64,000 nt of DNA from Vicugna vicugna (taxonomy: Eukaryota), in NCBI GenBank assembly GCA_013265495.1, contig MU061578.1, positions 1,807,308 to 1,871,307 on the forward strand, written 5' to 3'. A program made the translations under genes and the position numbers. The notes under the pieces were generated by a model. That model had not been told where the DNA came from and did not search any database. It was given only the letters and a program-made list of their open reading frames with translations. Shown here in pieces: positions 1 through 11,680 of this stretch. Within the stretch, counting starts at the first letter, position 1. Each line of letters starts with the position of its first letter.

Positions 1-1706
1 AGCGAACAGAGCGATTGATTTCTATGGGAAATTCGTTTCTCCCTCTCGCCTCGTAGCTAAGCCCCAAAGTGTTTTTCTACTTAATCTTCAAAAACTGGAA
101 AAAATAAGTCTTTAGTCCCTGAATGTTTCTGTTGCCGTTCCCTTAAAAATGCAACATTCATTCTTGCCAGAAAGAACCTCAACTCGACTTAAAATGATAG
201 CAATGTGAAAGACAATTCCACAGGAAACAGCTGTTTAAGCAAATTGATAAGCCCATCAATTCTCTCCCAGAAAATCGCCAGATCACTCGCTGACCCCTCC
301 GAGAGTTATTTCAGTTTAGCTCTAAGTGTCATTGGTCAACTTTCCAATGAAAGATTTAGGTTTTCGTGTGTATTATGTTTAAATATCTGAATTTATATTC
401 CCCTCGGCCCTTTGTTTATGCCATTAAAGCACAGCTTTCAACAAGGCGTCACTAAGCTGTACTCCGGATACTTTATTAAAGTTTATTACTCAACTGAATG
501 CCACATTATGAACAATCACCTTCAAAAATCAGATGAAGTAGCGAATGTCTGCATTTTTCAGGGCAAACACAAAACCCATTTGAAGTCAATTGCGCTATTT
601 AATGAAGCACAGGCAACTTTAGCTTCCTTTAACTTCAAAAATGATTCTTCCGGTAAATTTTCAAGTCTGTATTAGATCATTTCATATTCAGAGGCCACCT
701 CAGCAAACATGCCTGGAGAGACCCAGATGATCACGTCTGCTTCTGCCCAACGGATGCTGCTCCCGGGAGTGGCCCTACCACCTGGCTCCCTTACTTGTGT
801 GCCACACATTCAGGATGGGGCCCGAGCCACGTTCCAGAGACAACTCGTTTATTTGGTTTCCATCACCTATTCACTCCTGACCTTCCTTCCTCAAATTCCG
901 GAGGAAAGATCAATAAAGTCCCACCAAGAGTGTGATGTTTGGCTGTACCGTAAAATCCAATAAAAAACAAGCCATGCATTTCTGCACAGGTCACTGCACA
1001 GGCATCAATAACAGGAACTTGCGATCACCAGTGACCCGAGCTGGACCATAACCAGTCACCTTCTGGTGAAAGCCATCACTATTCTGGTATCCATCTATGA
1101 AGCCATCCATTTACTCTGCCCTCTACCTTAACCTAATCTAATTTGCACGTTGTAACAGAAAGCTGCTGTCAGGGAGCATCAGGTAAACTTAATTTCATAC
1201 GTCCTGGCACACAAACGCGTGGGCTGGTGCCAGCGGATGACATACGAGCAGGTGGCCTTGGATCAGACAAATTTCGCACCTTGCCTCGGTGTAGGAACCC
1301 CTGACCATGTATTCTTGATGTATATTCAATTTTATGGAAATTCCCAAAGCATTTGGGAAGCAGACCTAAGCATCGCGGCATCTGTAAGAGTGTTGCCTTT
1401 TGTTACAAGTCTCATCCTGACAAATTAGGCCAGAGGAAGTGAGGGGGGGAATGGGTGGGCATTCGAAACAGGAGAATCTCACAAACAGAAATGATATGAA
1501 TTCATTACATAAAGTTTTTGTAATTTAAATTTTGAGGTTTTTTTTTTTTTTTTTTTTGGGAGGAGGGAGCAAGACTTCCTTTTTGTGGTCCAAAAGAGTA
1601 TTACAATGAACATAATTCTGCTGTGCTCTTGCTGAAAGGTTGTATGTTGTAATTACCCCCAACCCAGACTTGATTTCTAGTGAATCAAGAAGGATTTGAT
1701 TCAGTG

Positions 1707-1825
1707 CACTAGAATTAAGTTCCCAGAGATAGGGGCTTTATCTGTTTTGTTCTCAGCTGTATCTCCAGCTCATAGAACAGTGGGTAGCACATAGGAAGTC
1801 CTTAATAAGTGTTTGTTAAATGGAT
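1707..1825 (+). mobile_element. L2 LINE 3' end fragment
   Basis: ...CTGTATCTCCAGCTCATAGAACAGTGGGTAGCACATAGGAAGTCCTTAATAAGTGTTTGTTAAATGGATG resembles the L2 3' terminus. Confidence 0.7.
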
Positions 1826-1888
1826 GGGTGGCTGGAATGGATGGATGGATGGAGGGAGGGAGGGATGGAGGGAGGGAGGGATGGGAAG
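1820..1888 (+). repeat. (TGGA)n/(GGGA)n purine-rich simple repeat, G4-capable
   Basis: TGGATGGATGGATGGAGGGAGGGAGGGATGGAGGGAGGGAGGG seen directly, arising from the L2 tail. Confidence 0.85.
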
Positions 1889-1928
1889 AAAGGGTCCCTT
1901 TCGTTTTCCTTTTAGTGCTTCTCTTGCC

Positions 1929-2099
1929 CAGTGGTTCTCAGTGCTGACTGTGTACAAGAAACACATGGGGAAATTTGAAAAATATACTATGCCTGTGTCC
2001 CCACCCCAGACATTCTGATTCTACTGGTCTAGAGTGGGGGCAGCTCCAAGAACTGGTCGTTTATAGGTGATTCTGATTCACCAGCTTTTAGGACCATTG
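1929..2099 (+). mobile_element. MER5-type hAT-Charlie DNA transposon relic
   Basis: CAGTGGTTCTCA start, internal CCCCACCCCAGACATTCTGATTC, ends AGGTGATTCTGAT...GGACCATTG. Confidence 0.75.
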
Positions 2100-2544
2100 A
2101 CCAGCATCTTTTCTCAGCACCTTCCTGCCCTTATTCCCAGTGTCTGAGCTTCTGTGTCTGTACCCTTTCACAAATTTGCCCCCTGAGCAGTGCTTTGGGT
2201 GTCAAAATCTTTGCTGTCTATTTTTCTTCTCTTCAACACTGTGTCCCATCGCTCCTGAACCTGTCTCAGTGACTGAAATTAGCCTGATAATGTGATGTGG
2301 TTATCAACTATTTTGCCAATATTACATATTTGTAACATATTAGAAGGTGAAAATACATTGCTGAGAGGAGTGCCTTAAGATGAACATTTTAGACACAGGG
2401 CTCAGTATGGTCTCCTCAGGGTCCCTTCAAATGCAAACTATATCTGCCTAAAGGAACAGAAGACAATGGGATGTGACAGGACCCCATTAAAGCAAAGAGG
2501 CTGGTCTTCAGCTTAAATAACCTAAAGAAACTTGGATCCTTTAA

Positions 2545-2640
2545 GACCACAGACTATATGCTGCACAACTGTAGGGGGCGCTGTTTACATTGCCATCTAT
2601 GTAAAAGCATCCCTGGAGCTGGGCAACAGAGTGGTCCTTT
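2545..2640 (+). mobile_element. MER91-like hAT relic carrying a CTCF-like motif
   Basis: TGCTGCACAACTGTAGGGGGCGCTGTTTACAT...CCCTGGAGCTGGGCAAC resembles recalled MER91 consensus. Confidence 0.55.
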
Positions 2641-4189
2641 CCCTGCTCACCTTAGAAACACAAATGAATAGTCTTCACAGCAGAGCATATTTTTATTAAA
2701 AACCATGATGAGCAAGTGCATTTCTGGGCAGATTATTTCAAAACCCCTGAGACTGCATAATCTACTTTACAAAGGCTTTGTCAGGTAATAGATGCTCCAT
2801 CCTTCCCTGGAATGTTACAACTGCATTATAACACTGGATGGAATCGAGTGATGTCGCCATTTCTATAAAACAGAAGTAGAGAGAGTTTCAAAAACACTCA
2901 AGGACAACTATAATAAAAACTCGAGATGTAAGCTGCAAACACATCTATCTTTCACTTGGATTTTTTTTCCAAATTTAGCGTGGACAATCTGTTTCAGAAT
3001 GTTAAAATAATCGCAATAAACTTGAAAAGAACTTTTGGTCCCAGCAGTGCAGGTGTAACAGCACAAACTAAAAGTTCAAATTCTCTTCGCCAAAATCTGG
3101 GCACATCACGGTCCCTTATAGGTAAGTCTTTAAGGCAGGTATACAGTGGGACAAATTCTATAAAGAAATACTACACAGTTACGTAAAAGTATAAGAAAGG
3201 TTTTTTTCCTTTTTTTTTTCCCCCTTCTTATCCTCATTACAAGGTACAGGCTGAAATCTGTATGTCATACTTTTTAATTGAAAACACGAACAGATGCCGA
3301 CTGGAAATAGTTCATAAAGCCACAGAAATGAACTAAATTGAATGCCACTCAGAGTTAATAATTCACATAATCACACACAACACATTGAAAATAAGCAAAA
3401 TTGTTCCTCATGTTCCGTGATCACTACTTTCCCTAATTAACAATTAAAAAGAAGGGTGTTTTTGAAACCTTGGAGGACATAGATCACATCCCATTAATTT
3501 AATGATCTAATATCCCAGTGTTAATTTTAAGCACCAGATGAAGTTTTATAATTTATATAAATGCCACTAAGTGATTTCAAGTGTATTTTTTAAGCATCTT
3601 CAAAGCTTTTGTTGCCTTTAGATGATGCCATGAGGCACGCACAGTAGGGTCGTCCAATTCTGGATGGCTACCAACACACCAGGTCCATTTGGGGTAGAAG
3701 TGATGAGTGGACTGAAGGTCCGTAAAACTACTCAATTAGGGAAGCAGCTGCAACAGGGATAAAAGTCAGCAGGATATGAGGGAAGGATACTGTCTGCATG
3801 GTGTGATGTTCGTTGTATCTCACGCCAATGACAAGCCATGGTTAATAAAAGCATAGGGCTAACAAGAGGCAACATGGGGGGGGCTTCTCCCATTCTGAGA
3901 ATATATTCTAGCCCTAAAAACCCCATCAAACACGTCACAGGAAGTCTTCCCAGCTAGCGGCTGAAGACGTCCATCTTTAGGGGTTCAGGAAGGCCATGAG
4001 CTTTTGAAAGACCCTCATCAGCAACAAGCTGAACATTTACCAATGGGGACTGACTCTTCAGATCCTGGCTCACTGAATCGTCATGTCCAAATGGCATCCC
4101 ATCTCCCCCAAAGACAGGGAGATACAGCATATCTCTTACCACTCTTTTCTAAGTTATTGAGCAAACAGAGGTAATAGAGCATCGCAATG

Positions 4190-4395
4190 GGGAGGTTATC
4201 TCCGGAATCTGCAAGCCCCATTCTGAACCCTAGCTTCAAGCCTTGCAAACGTGGAAGGTCCCCTAACCTCTCTGATGTTAGGTTAAGTGAAAAAAAAAAA
4301 ATAGTTTCTCCCTTCTACTATTGGGAAGATCAGACATAATCACATAACGCACGTACCACGGAGTCTGCACAGAATAGTGGCCCAGTAAATGAAAT
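4190..4395 (+). mobile_element. MIR SINE (diverged)
   Basis: TTCTGAACCCTAGCTTC...CCTAACCTCTCTGA...GAAGATCAGACATAAT pattern of MIR. Confidence 0.55.
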
Positions 4396-4696
4396 ACTCG
4401 AATTATTATACATTATATATATTATATATATAAATAGTCCATTAATAATGGGGAAAAAAATGAGACTTCTCAGCTTGCTCTTTACCAATGGAATTGATTT
4501 GTGAATTAATAATCTGGACAGAGTTTAAGTTAGCTCAATTGCAAATATTACATTTAGGCTGATGACTTCTAATCTTTTTCTAAGATAAGACAAGCTTTGG
4601 CTCTAGCTGTCTATCTCCTGGAATCAAGAGAAGACGAAATGTGAAATATTACTGCTTCACATTTTAAGTATACAGAGTGAACTGGGGAGGCGGGGC

Positions 4697-4870
4697 GGCT
4701 AACATTTATTGGGAACTTACCAGACGGCAGGAACTGTTAAGCGTCCTTGCCTGTGTTGACGCATTTAATCTCCCCGCAGTCCTATGAAGCAGGTGTCAGG
4801 ATGCCCCCATTCTGCACGTCAGATACATCGAGGCTCAATGTTTCCTCCAGAGTCACAGAGCTGGAGGGTA
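4697..4870 (-). mobile_element. MIR SINE (diverged)
   Basis: GCTAACATTTATTGGGAACTTAC...CATTTAATCTCC...CCTATGAAGCAGGT...CCCATTCTGCA is antisense MIR. Confidence 0.65.
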
Positions 4871-5694
4871 AACGAGGCAGCCCCGCGCCCACTTCCCCAC
4901 CTCTGCTCTCTCAACCAGGTCCCGAGAAGTTTGGGAAGACGAAACCTCAGGCTGCTACCAAACCACCCCTGGGATTCCCAGAGGTCTTTGCACACCATCA
5001 GTTTCAGTTCAAGTGTGTTTCCAGTGCTCAGTACAGACTTCAGAAAACAAGAAGCAAGAGAGTGTACGCAGATCATTGAAAACCAGCATGAAAGCTAGAC
5101 TGGAATAGATCACATCTTTCCAGCTCTTAAACCCTGAGGATGGAAATTGCCAGTGCCAATCACCCCCTCCTTATGCTCACCTAGAAGCTGGGTGGAGGTG
5201 AAGGCAGGGGTGTTCCTGGAGTTTGGGGAATGATGTAAGTTGGGAGGGGAGAAGAGCAGAATTCCCCCAAACTCTGAGTCATCGACAGACTTCTCAATCA
5301 TCTGGCTCCCAATCTCTCTCTCGACCTCAACGCCCCACCGTATGCACCATTTTTCTTTTCTGTTTCTTGCTCAGGGACCCAAACTCCAGTAAGAAGGCTC
5401 ATTTTCCCCCAGTGCGGTGAACAACAGCATGCCAGGCAGCCAGGGATTTGACTATGGTGGTGGCTGAGTGCTATTGGAAGCAAAGGAAACTAAGATCCCC
5501 AAGCGGGGCGCAAGGGGAGAAACCAAGGAGATTGAGCTTTGCTGCTGTGGGCTGAGCCCTGCTCCAAGCACGCTCTCCGGGCGCAGCGGAGCGGAGTCAA
5601 CGCCTAGTCCTGGGCCAGAGCGCAGGGAAGGGGGAATCCATCATCGGCTGCTGGAAGATTGATGGCCCATGGCTTTTAGTTTCCTTTCACAGAG

Positions 5695-6450
5695 GTTTTT
5701 ATTTTATTTTATTTTATTTTTAGATTTACAGAAAAAATTATGAAGAGAGTTCCCATACAGCTCACACTCATCAATACTTTTCCCTACTATTAACATCATA
5801 TTTGCAAATTCTATTTACAAACCAGAAATAGACTCATGGACATAGGAAACAAAGTATGGTTACCAAAGGGGAACTAGAGCGAGGGATAAATCAGGAGTTT
5901 GGGATTAACAGATACACCTACTAAAAATAAAACCAATAAACAACAAGGACCTACTGTGTAGCCCAGGGAATTACATTCAACTTCTTATAATAAGCTATAA
6001 TGGAAAAGAATCTGAAAATATATGTCTGTGTGTATGTGTTTAACTGAATTGCTTTACTGTACACCCAAAGCTAACACTACATCTGTCAGATGAATGAACC
6101 AATGTTAACACGTTATTATTCACAAAAGTCTGCAGATGGAGTGATTCCCTTGGTCTCCACCTAACGTCCTTTTCCTGTTCTAGGAACCCATCCAAGATGT
6201 CATAGGAATGGTACCTCAGTCATTATCTTCCGTTCCTGTCCTCTTGGCTGTGACCATTTCTCAGTTTTCCCTCATTTTTGAAGAATGTGACATGGCACCT
6301 CATGAGAAGTACTGCTCAGGTCTTTTGTAGAGTGTACCTCAATCAGGATTGCTGTAGCCTCTTCCTCATGATTAAACTAGGGTTATAGGTTTTGGGAGGG
6401 CGATCACAAGGCCAAAGTTCCATTTGCCTCACCTCCTATCAAGGGGGTCA
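5695..6450 (-). mobile_element. Old L1MC-type L1 3' fragment, interrupted by a younger L1 piece
   Basis: T-rich start TTTTAGATTTACAGAAAAATT...GAGAGTTCCCATA; resumes near 6078 with ATGAACCAATGTTAACACGTTATTATT...GTCCTTTTCCTGTTCTAGGAACCCATCCAAGA. Confidence 0.7.
5805..6077 (+). mobile_element. Cetartiodactyl-type L1 3'UTR fragment nested in the old L1
   Basis: ATTTACAAACCAGAAATAGACTCATGGACATAGG...GGGATAAATCAGGAGTTTGGGATTAACAGATACAC...AACTGAATTGCTTTACTGTACACCC; homologous to the copies at 17433 and 47092. Confidence 0.85.
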
Positions 6451-8314
6451 CCTTGTCATCACCACCTCCCTGCCTGTGAGACATGAGCCCTCCCAGCGTC
6501 CAGGGTCCTTTGGGTCTTCATTAACGTCCACTCACCTCATCACCAGTTTATGGAACTCTATCGAAACCAGCATCACAAAGAATTTGTACATCAGGGTTCA
6601 AACACCCAGGAGACACTGCAGAAAACAAGGAGCCAGGGACACAGGGGACCCCGCAATATAAGCCCCTGTGAATTCAAAGGAATCGTGGAGAAGTCTTTGA
6701 ATCCCCCACAAGTAATGGATTTGAGCTCAGGGACCTGACTTTCCTAAGCTCTCGGGTCAGGAAAGCTCCCCGAGGCCATCCCTGGGTCTAGTGTTCTCTG
6801 TAGATCTTAACCCTAGTGCCACACCTGACACTTCAAAAGGACCTTCATGAGTTTTGCAGCTTATTACAGAAATCAAATAAAAACCTGGTTGGATCTGTCC
6901 ATTAGAACACAAAGGAAGATAAAAAATATACATCTCAAAAGGCAAATGAACTAATGCTCTCAAAAAACAAACAAACAAAAACATCAATAAATAAATGAAT
7001 CCTGTCCACAGAGCTAAGAAGGAGTTGATCTGAAGACTGGGCTCTCAAACGCGGCTGAAATCCAAGCGCATTTCCAACGCAGGACGTACAGTAAATGGAG
7101 CAGTATTTCCCACCCTGGTTCAGTGTTAGAGCAGATGATCTTTGGGAAAAGTGGGGGGAAATGGAACTATTGCTCACAGGTTTACAGCAGGCCATTCTAG
7201 CCTTCATCTCGTTAAAAGCATTTACGGCTCAGTAAGAAATCCTCTAAATAGAAAAAGTTACTTAGGCAAAGCCGTCCCGAGGAAGCAGCCGGCCAGCACA
7301 GACATTCTTATTCACCTGACTTCCTGCAGAAAGCCTGGCCTATTGAAATAATTGTTTCTCATACCCTAAAGCAAATGAACCACTCTCCCGCTTTAAATCA
7401 TCCCCTTTTTCTCTTTAGCTCGTGATTGACTCTCCCTGTGATGCTTGTTGTGTTTGCAAGCATGAAGGAAATTATATAAAAGCAAATTGCTTTGTACTGC
7501 ACCGTCATTGTCTGGAAATACTAAATAGACAGGCGAGGCAGCGCTGCACCGACTTGCAGCTTCCTGAGTTAATGGATGGGATTGAAAAGTTTTTGCTGTT
7601 TTAATGTGATGAATGCCCCTTGTTTCCAAACACATGGGATAGCCTCTTTTTTTTTTTTTTTTTTTTTTAGCATTGGATGAATTATTTCTCAAAGTAACTG
7701 ACAACTCTGTATGCTAACCCAAAGTATGGACAGGATAATTATAATTTTTTTTTGTCGCTTTTGACTCCCTCCACTCACAGCTCACAACTCTGTCCTTCAT
7801 TTCAGGGGCTAAAAAAAAAAAAAAGGTCTTTGGAAAATTTCCAAACTAAAGTTCTCTTGTAATCATCATTCATGGGTAGCCATCATCATTGAGCAGAAAC
7901 AGTAAATTTGGGTCATTTGTCACAAAAGCGTTCAATCACAGTTGTGATCGTTACTTCAACAGAAAGGTATTGACCATGGTGTCCAGTGCCTAGTACGATT
8001 TTAGGCAAAAGCGACCCAGCAATGAGGGAAGCAAGGGCCTGGCTTCAGTAGCCCTTATGTCCCAGTGGGAAGGGACAAGTTAATTCATAAAATGCAAGAT
8101 GGCGGAGGAGCTAAGGAGGAAAAGAAAGCAGAGGATGTAGGGCATGGCGTGCAGGGCCCTTGAGACAGCAATTGCTTTTTATTTCATCGAGGGATTGGAG
8201 AAAACCTCCTCCAGCTGTCAACCACATCTCACCTATCTGCAGCATTCTAGATCATTCTAATGACTCCCTTGCCTGGCAGGCAGAGAAGTACCGTAGGAAA
8301 GAGGGTGGGTTCAG

Positions 8315-8500
8315 GGAGATACGGCCAAGGATCCAAATGATGGCTCTGCCATGTATTAATTCTGTGAACTTGGACAAGTTCCATAAGCTGCCTTGCACTA
8401 TCCAACTGTACAAAGGCAAAAATAGCACATAGCTTGCAGGTATGTTGTGAAATGAACGAACTCATAGGTGCAAAGAACCAGGCATTTTGAGAGCTTCAAG
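8315..8500 (+). mobile_element. MIR SINE
   Basis: GGCTCTGCCATGTATTAATTCTGTGAACTTGGACAAGTT core. Confidence 0.7.
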
Positions 8501-8934
8501 AAATGCGCATGTCTTCATCCTTCCTCCCATTTCTGACCAACGTCACACTAATTTACTACAGTGCCATCCAACCATATGTGTGTGCATAGCTAGGATTACA
8601 AGGTTGCGTATTACTCTGTGCACACACAGAAATATTCTCTTGTCAAGAGTGCGTGTATTTCCACGTGAGCTAGCTCTGCCTCCTCCAGCAGGAGATGGGA
8701 ACTCTGCCACCTCCTTCTTTTATATCATAAATCTCCTACTTCACAGATTCCTGCCAAATACTGTGGTTGAAAGGCAACAGGAAGAGGGGGAGAGGTAAGA
8801 TGACATAACGTAACTTCACTCCAGTTCCTACAAGTCAGCCCAGTGCCTGCTGTGTGGGGTCTTCATTTCATGGGGTCCCTGGGGAGGACCAGGGGCCTTG
8901 CAACCAACCGTGAAGGGAGGCAGAAGAGAGCACT

Positions 8935-9105
8935 GATGAAAAGCGTGGGCCTCAACGCTCTCCAGGCCCTGGTTCAAAGTCCTCTGTAAAATTCAATTGA
9001 ATTCATTTATAAAATAGAATTAACACCACCTACCTCCTAGGGTTGTTAAAGAGGATTAAATACAAGAATACATGAAAACTGCATTGGTGCCCAGTAAGGA
9101 CTCCC
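8935..9105 (+). mobile_element. MIR SINE (partial)
   Basis: CATTTATAAAATAGAATTAACACCACCTACCTCCTAGGGTTGTT...GAGGATTAAAT. Confidence 0.7.
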
Positions 9106-10062
9106 AAGACTGGCGGTGATGAGGCACAGAGAAGGGATTTAGAAAGTCACCAGGGAAGGCTGTCCATAGCTAGATACGTACAGAAATAGCGATATAGAAT
9201 TCATTTTTGGCATACAAGTTCCACCTTAGGCAAACATTTTAAATTAATTAAATCAAAGAGAGCACTTACAGAGAAGTTGAGGACTGTTTGCTAGATTACC
9301 CGTGTTCAGTACGAATTCCACATTTGAGTTTTGTCGGCACGCCACTAATGAATTGAATCAAGTATCAATTGTAAATTTCTTTTCACCAGTCTAGGACTTC
9401 TCGGAATTTGTAAGGATGCTAAAAAAGATACTTAAGTATGCCAATGTAATGAACCGTAAAGTCAGTCTTTCTCCACCTATTTCATCCACGAGGGACACAC
9501 AGACATTCACCACTAAGATCTCAAGTAGTTTAGCCCCTCATTAGCCCGAACACCACCCCGTAGAGATGACTGGAATCCTAGGTAGAAAAAGAGCATCTCT
9601 TTCCTTTCTTATACTCCATGAACCTCTGAAACCTTTGGGCTGGAAATCTCACTCATCACGCTCTTCTGCAAAGCACTGGAAAACAATGAGCAGTCACGGT
9701 GGGGGACCCCAGGTACGCTCGGCAACTGGCCCACAGCTCACATGGCGCTTTTTCTCAGGGGAAGCGCCATGACTTTCCACTTTATTGTTAATTCCAGGGT
9801 TGCGCTCTCAGTAAGACTCCGCCTGCACTGTCTGTAATCTGGAGTTTGAGTATTAGGACTGTTAGCATTATCCTGGTAAGCGACACAAAATAGTTACCAT
9901 CCGTGAATGACATGCCAAGCAGTGAGCTTTTCTCTGAAGATTCTCTTAAGGGATTTAAACCAGTTGGGATTTTTCATTCATCCTCATTACTTCAATTCTA
10001 TAGGGTAGTTTTACCAACATCATGGTTTACACTCATTAAAAGTTTCCAAACTGTATTTTTCA

Positions 10063-10244
10063 ATGGGTCCTCTTTTTTTTTAATAAGTGCCTTAAAAATT
10101 TTTTTTTTTATTTTTTGGTTGGGGGAGAGCGGTAATTAGGTTTATTAACTTATGTATTTATCTTTGGAGGAGGTACTGGGGACTGAGTCCAGACCTTGTG
10201 CACGCTAAGCATGTGCTCTACCACTTGAGTTAGATCCTCCCCCC
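10063..10244 (-). mobile_element. tRNA-Ala-derived camelid-type SINE (Vic-1-like)
   Basis: Antisense tRNA-like head (GCACGCTAAGCATGTGCTCTACCACT) and TAATTAGGTTTATT tail; TSD TCCAAACTGTATTTTTCA (10045-10062) / TCCAAACTCTTATTTTCA (10245-10262). Confidence 0.88.
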
Positions 10245-10706
10245 TCCAAACTCTTATTTTCACCATCTTTTCATATCTTCAAGGCTTTTTTTTGATCCAT
10301 TACACAACATTTGCAACAAAGAGTGGATGGTAAATATGGCTTTGCATGACTGTTATCTGATAAAACTTCGAAGAGGAAAAATGTCACCATGCTTATCGGC
10401 CAAGTGAATTCCGCACTCAACTCGTTGGCAAGGTAGGGAATGACAAAAAGTTTGATCTGTTTTGAGTCCAGAAGGGCACTTTCCAGCTTTATTCTGCCTG
10501 TTCTCAACCTGGCTAAAAAGGAAGTCAAAATAAAGATGCGTTTGGTTCAGCCTCAAAGAGACAGAGGTTACTTCAGACGTGAATTTGAAAGCGATGCCAA
10601 TAACCCACAGTGTAACAGCAGCTGGCCGGGACAACTGCTGCATTCTTTCCTGTGAAAACACCTGATGTAAGATCTGATAAAATCAGGAATCAGATCTCAA
10701 GACAAG

Positions 10707-10854
10707 GGGGGAGGGTAGAGCGTAGTGGTAGGGCGCGTGCTTAGCACGCACAAGGTCCTCGGTTCAATCCCCAGTCCCTCCAGTAAATAAATAAATAGAC
10801 CTAATTAGCTCCCCCCCAACGAAAAAAAAGAATTAAAGAAAAAAAAGTTTTTAA
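10707..10854 (+). mobile_element. tRNA-Ala-derived camelid-type SINE (Vic-1-like)
   Basis: GGGGAGGGTAGAGCGTAGTGGTAGGGCGCGTGCTTAGCACGCACAAGGTCCTCGGTTCAATCCCCAG, A-rich tail; TSD ATCTCAAGACAAG (10694-10706) / ATCTCAAGATAAG (10855-10867). Confidence 0.92.
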
Positions 10855-11049
10855 ATCTCAAGATAAGAATCACTTTTCAAGTGCTTGATTGCCAAATACA
10901 AGCAAATCAGTCTCTGTCCATCTCACGCCCAGCAAAGCAGCATACAGCTGAGATCAGTTCTCCCTTGTTTGACTCCCCGCCCACCCCCCCATCCCGCCAC
11001 CGCCACCAATGTGAGGCTACAGGGAGGCAGAGGGCTCTCCCTTGCTATG

Positions 11050-11270
11050 AGAGCAGTGCCTGCCGTGTACAAGGTGTTGACTGTATTCTAGGCTCTGTAT
11101 TAAGTGCCTTCCATTGAAGTCACTCATGTAATCCTTCAAGAACCCTACGGTGTCGCTGACATCACCTCCCTTCCACAGATGGGGCAAGAAGGAGTGAAAT
11201 CACTTGGCCCAGTGTGCACAGTGGCTAAGCGCTGGAGCTAATATTTGAGCCTAGACAGTCTGACCCCATG
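11050..11270 (-). mobile_element. MIR SINE
   Basis: CTCATGTAATCCTTCAAGAACCCTA...CACTTGGCCCAGTGTGCACAG...ATTTGAGCCTAGACAGTCTGAC. Confidence 0.7.
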
Positions 11271-11559
11271 CATGCCCTATATTTCATCCCAAGGCAAGCT
11301 CACTGCCAGCTGTGCTCAAAGCAAAGAGCAAAGACTTCAAACCACACACAGCAATTCATTAAGATACAACCTCTCTGGTCCTCCCTCTCCCCCACCTCCA
11401 ATTGAGGACATCTATTAATGGACCACATAGTGTGAACAGGCTGGGTTATTTCCATCTTGCTCTTTATTTGTTTGTTTGTTAGTTATTCATTTGTTAAGGA
11501 ATACCCAGAGATGTCAGAAAAAGTCCATCAAGGGTCACTGAAGACAAATCCCAAATAGA

Positions 11560-11680
11560 AGAGGTTCCCAACCTGGCTGAATGTCAGAATCCCCCAAGGA
11601 ACTTTATTTAAAAATCCTGGTTTTCTGGTGCCGCCTGGATCTACTGAATTAGTAGGAGCGGGAATTGGAACTTATAATCC
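11560..11680 (+). mobile_element. MER5-type hAT fragment
   Basis: GGTTCCCAACCTGGCTGAATGTCAGAATCCCCCAAGGAACTTT...GGATCTACTGAAT. Confidence 0.55.

Noticed and set aside
3045..3127. Plus-strand donor TAG|GTAAGT with a possible upstream exon
   Set aside because: Acceptor weak and ambiguous, peptide unrecognisable; isolated donors are expected by chance
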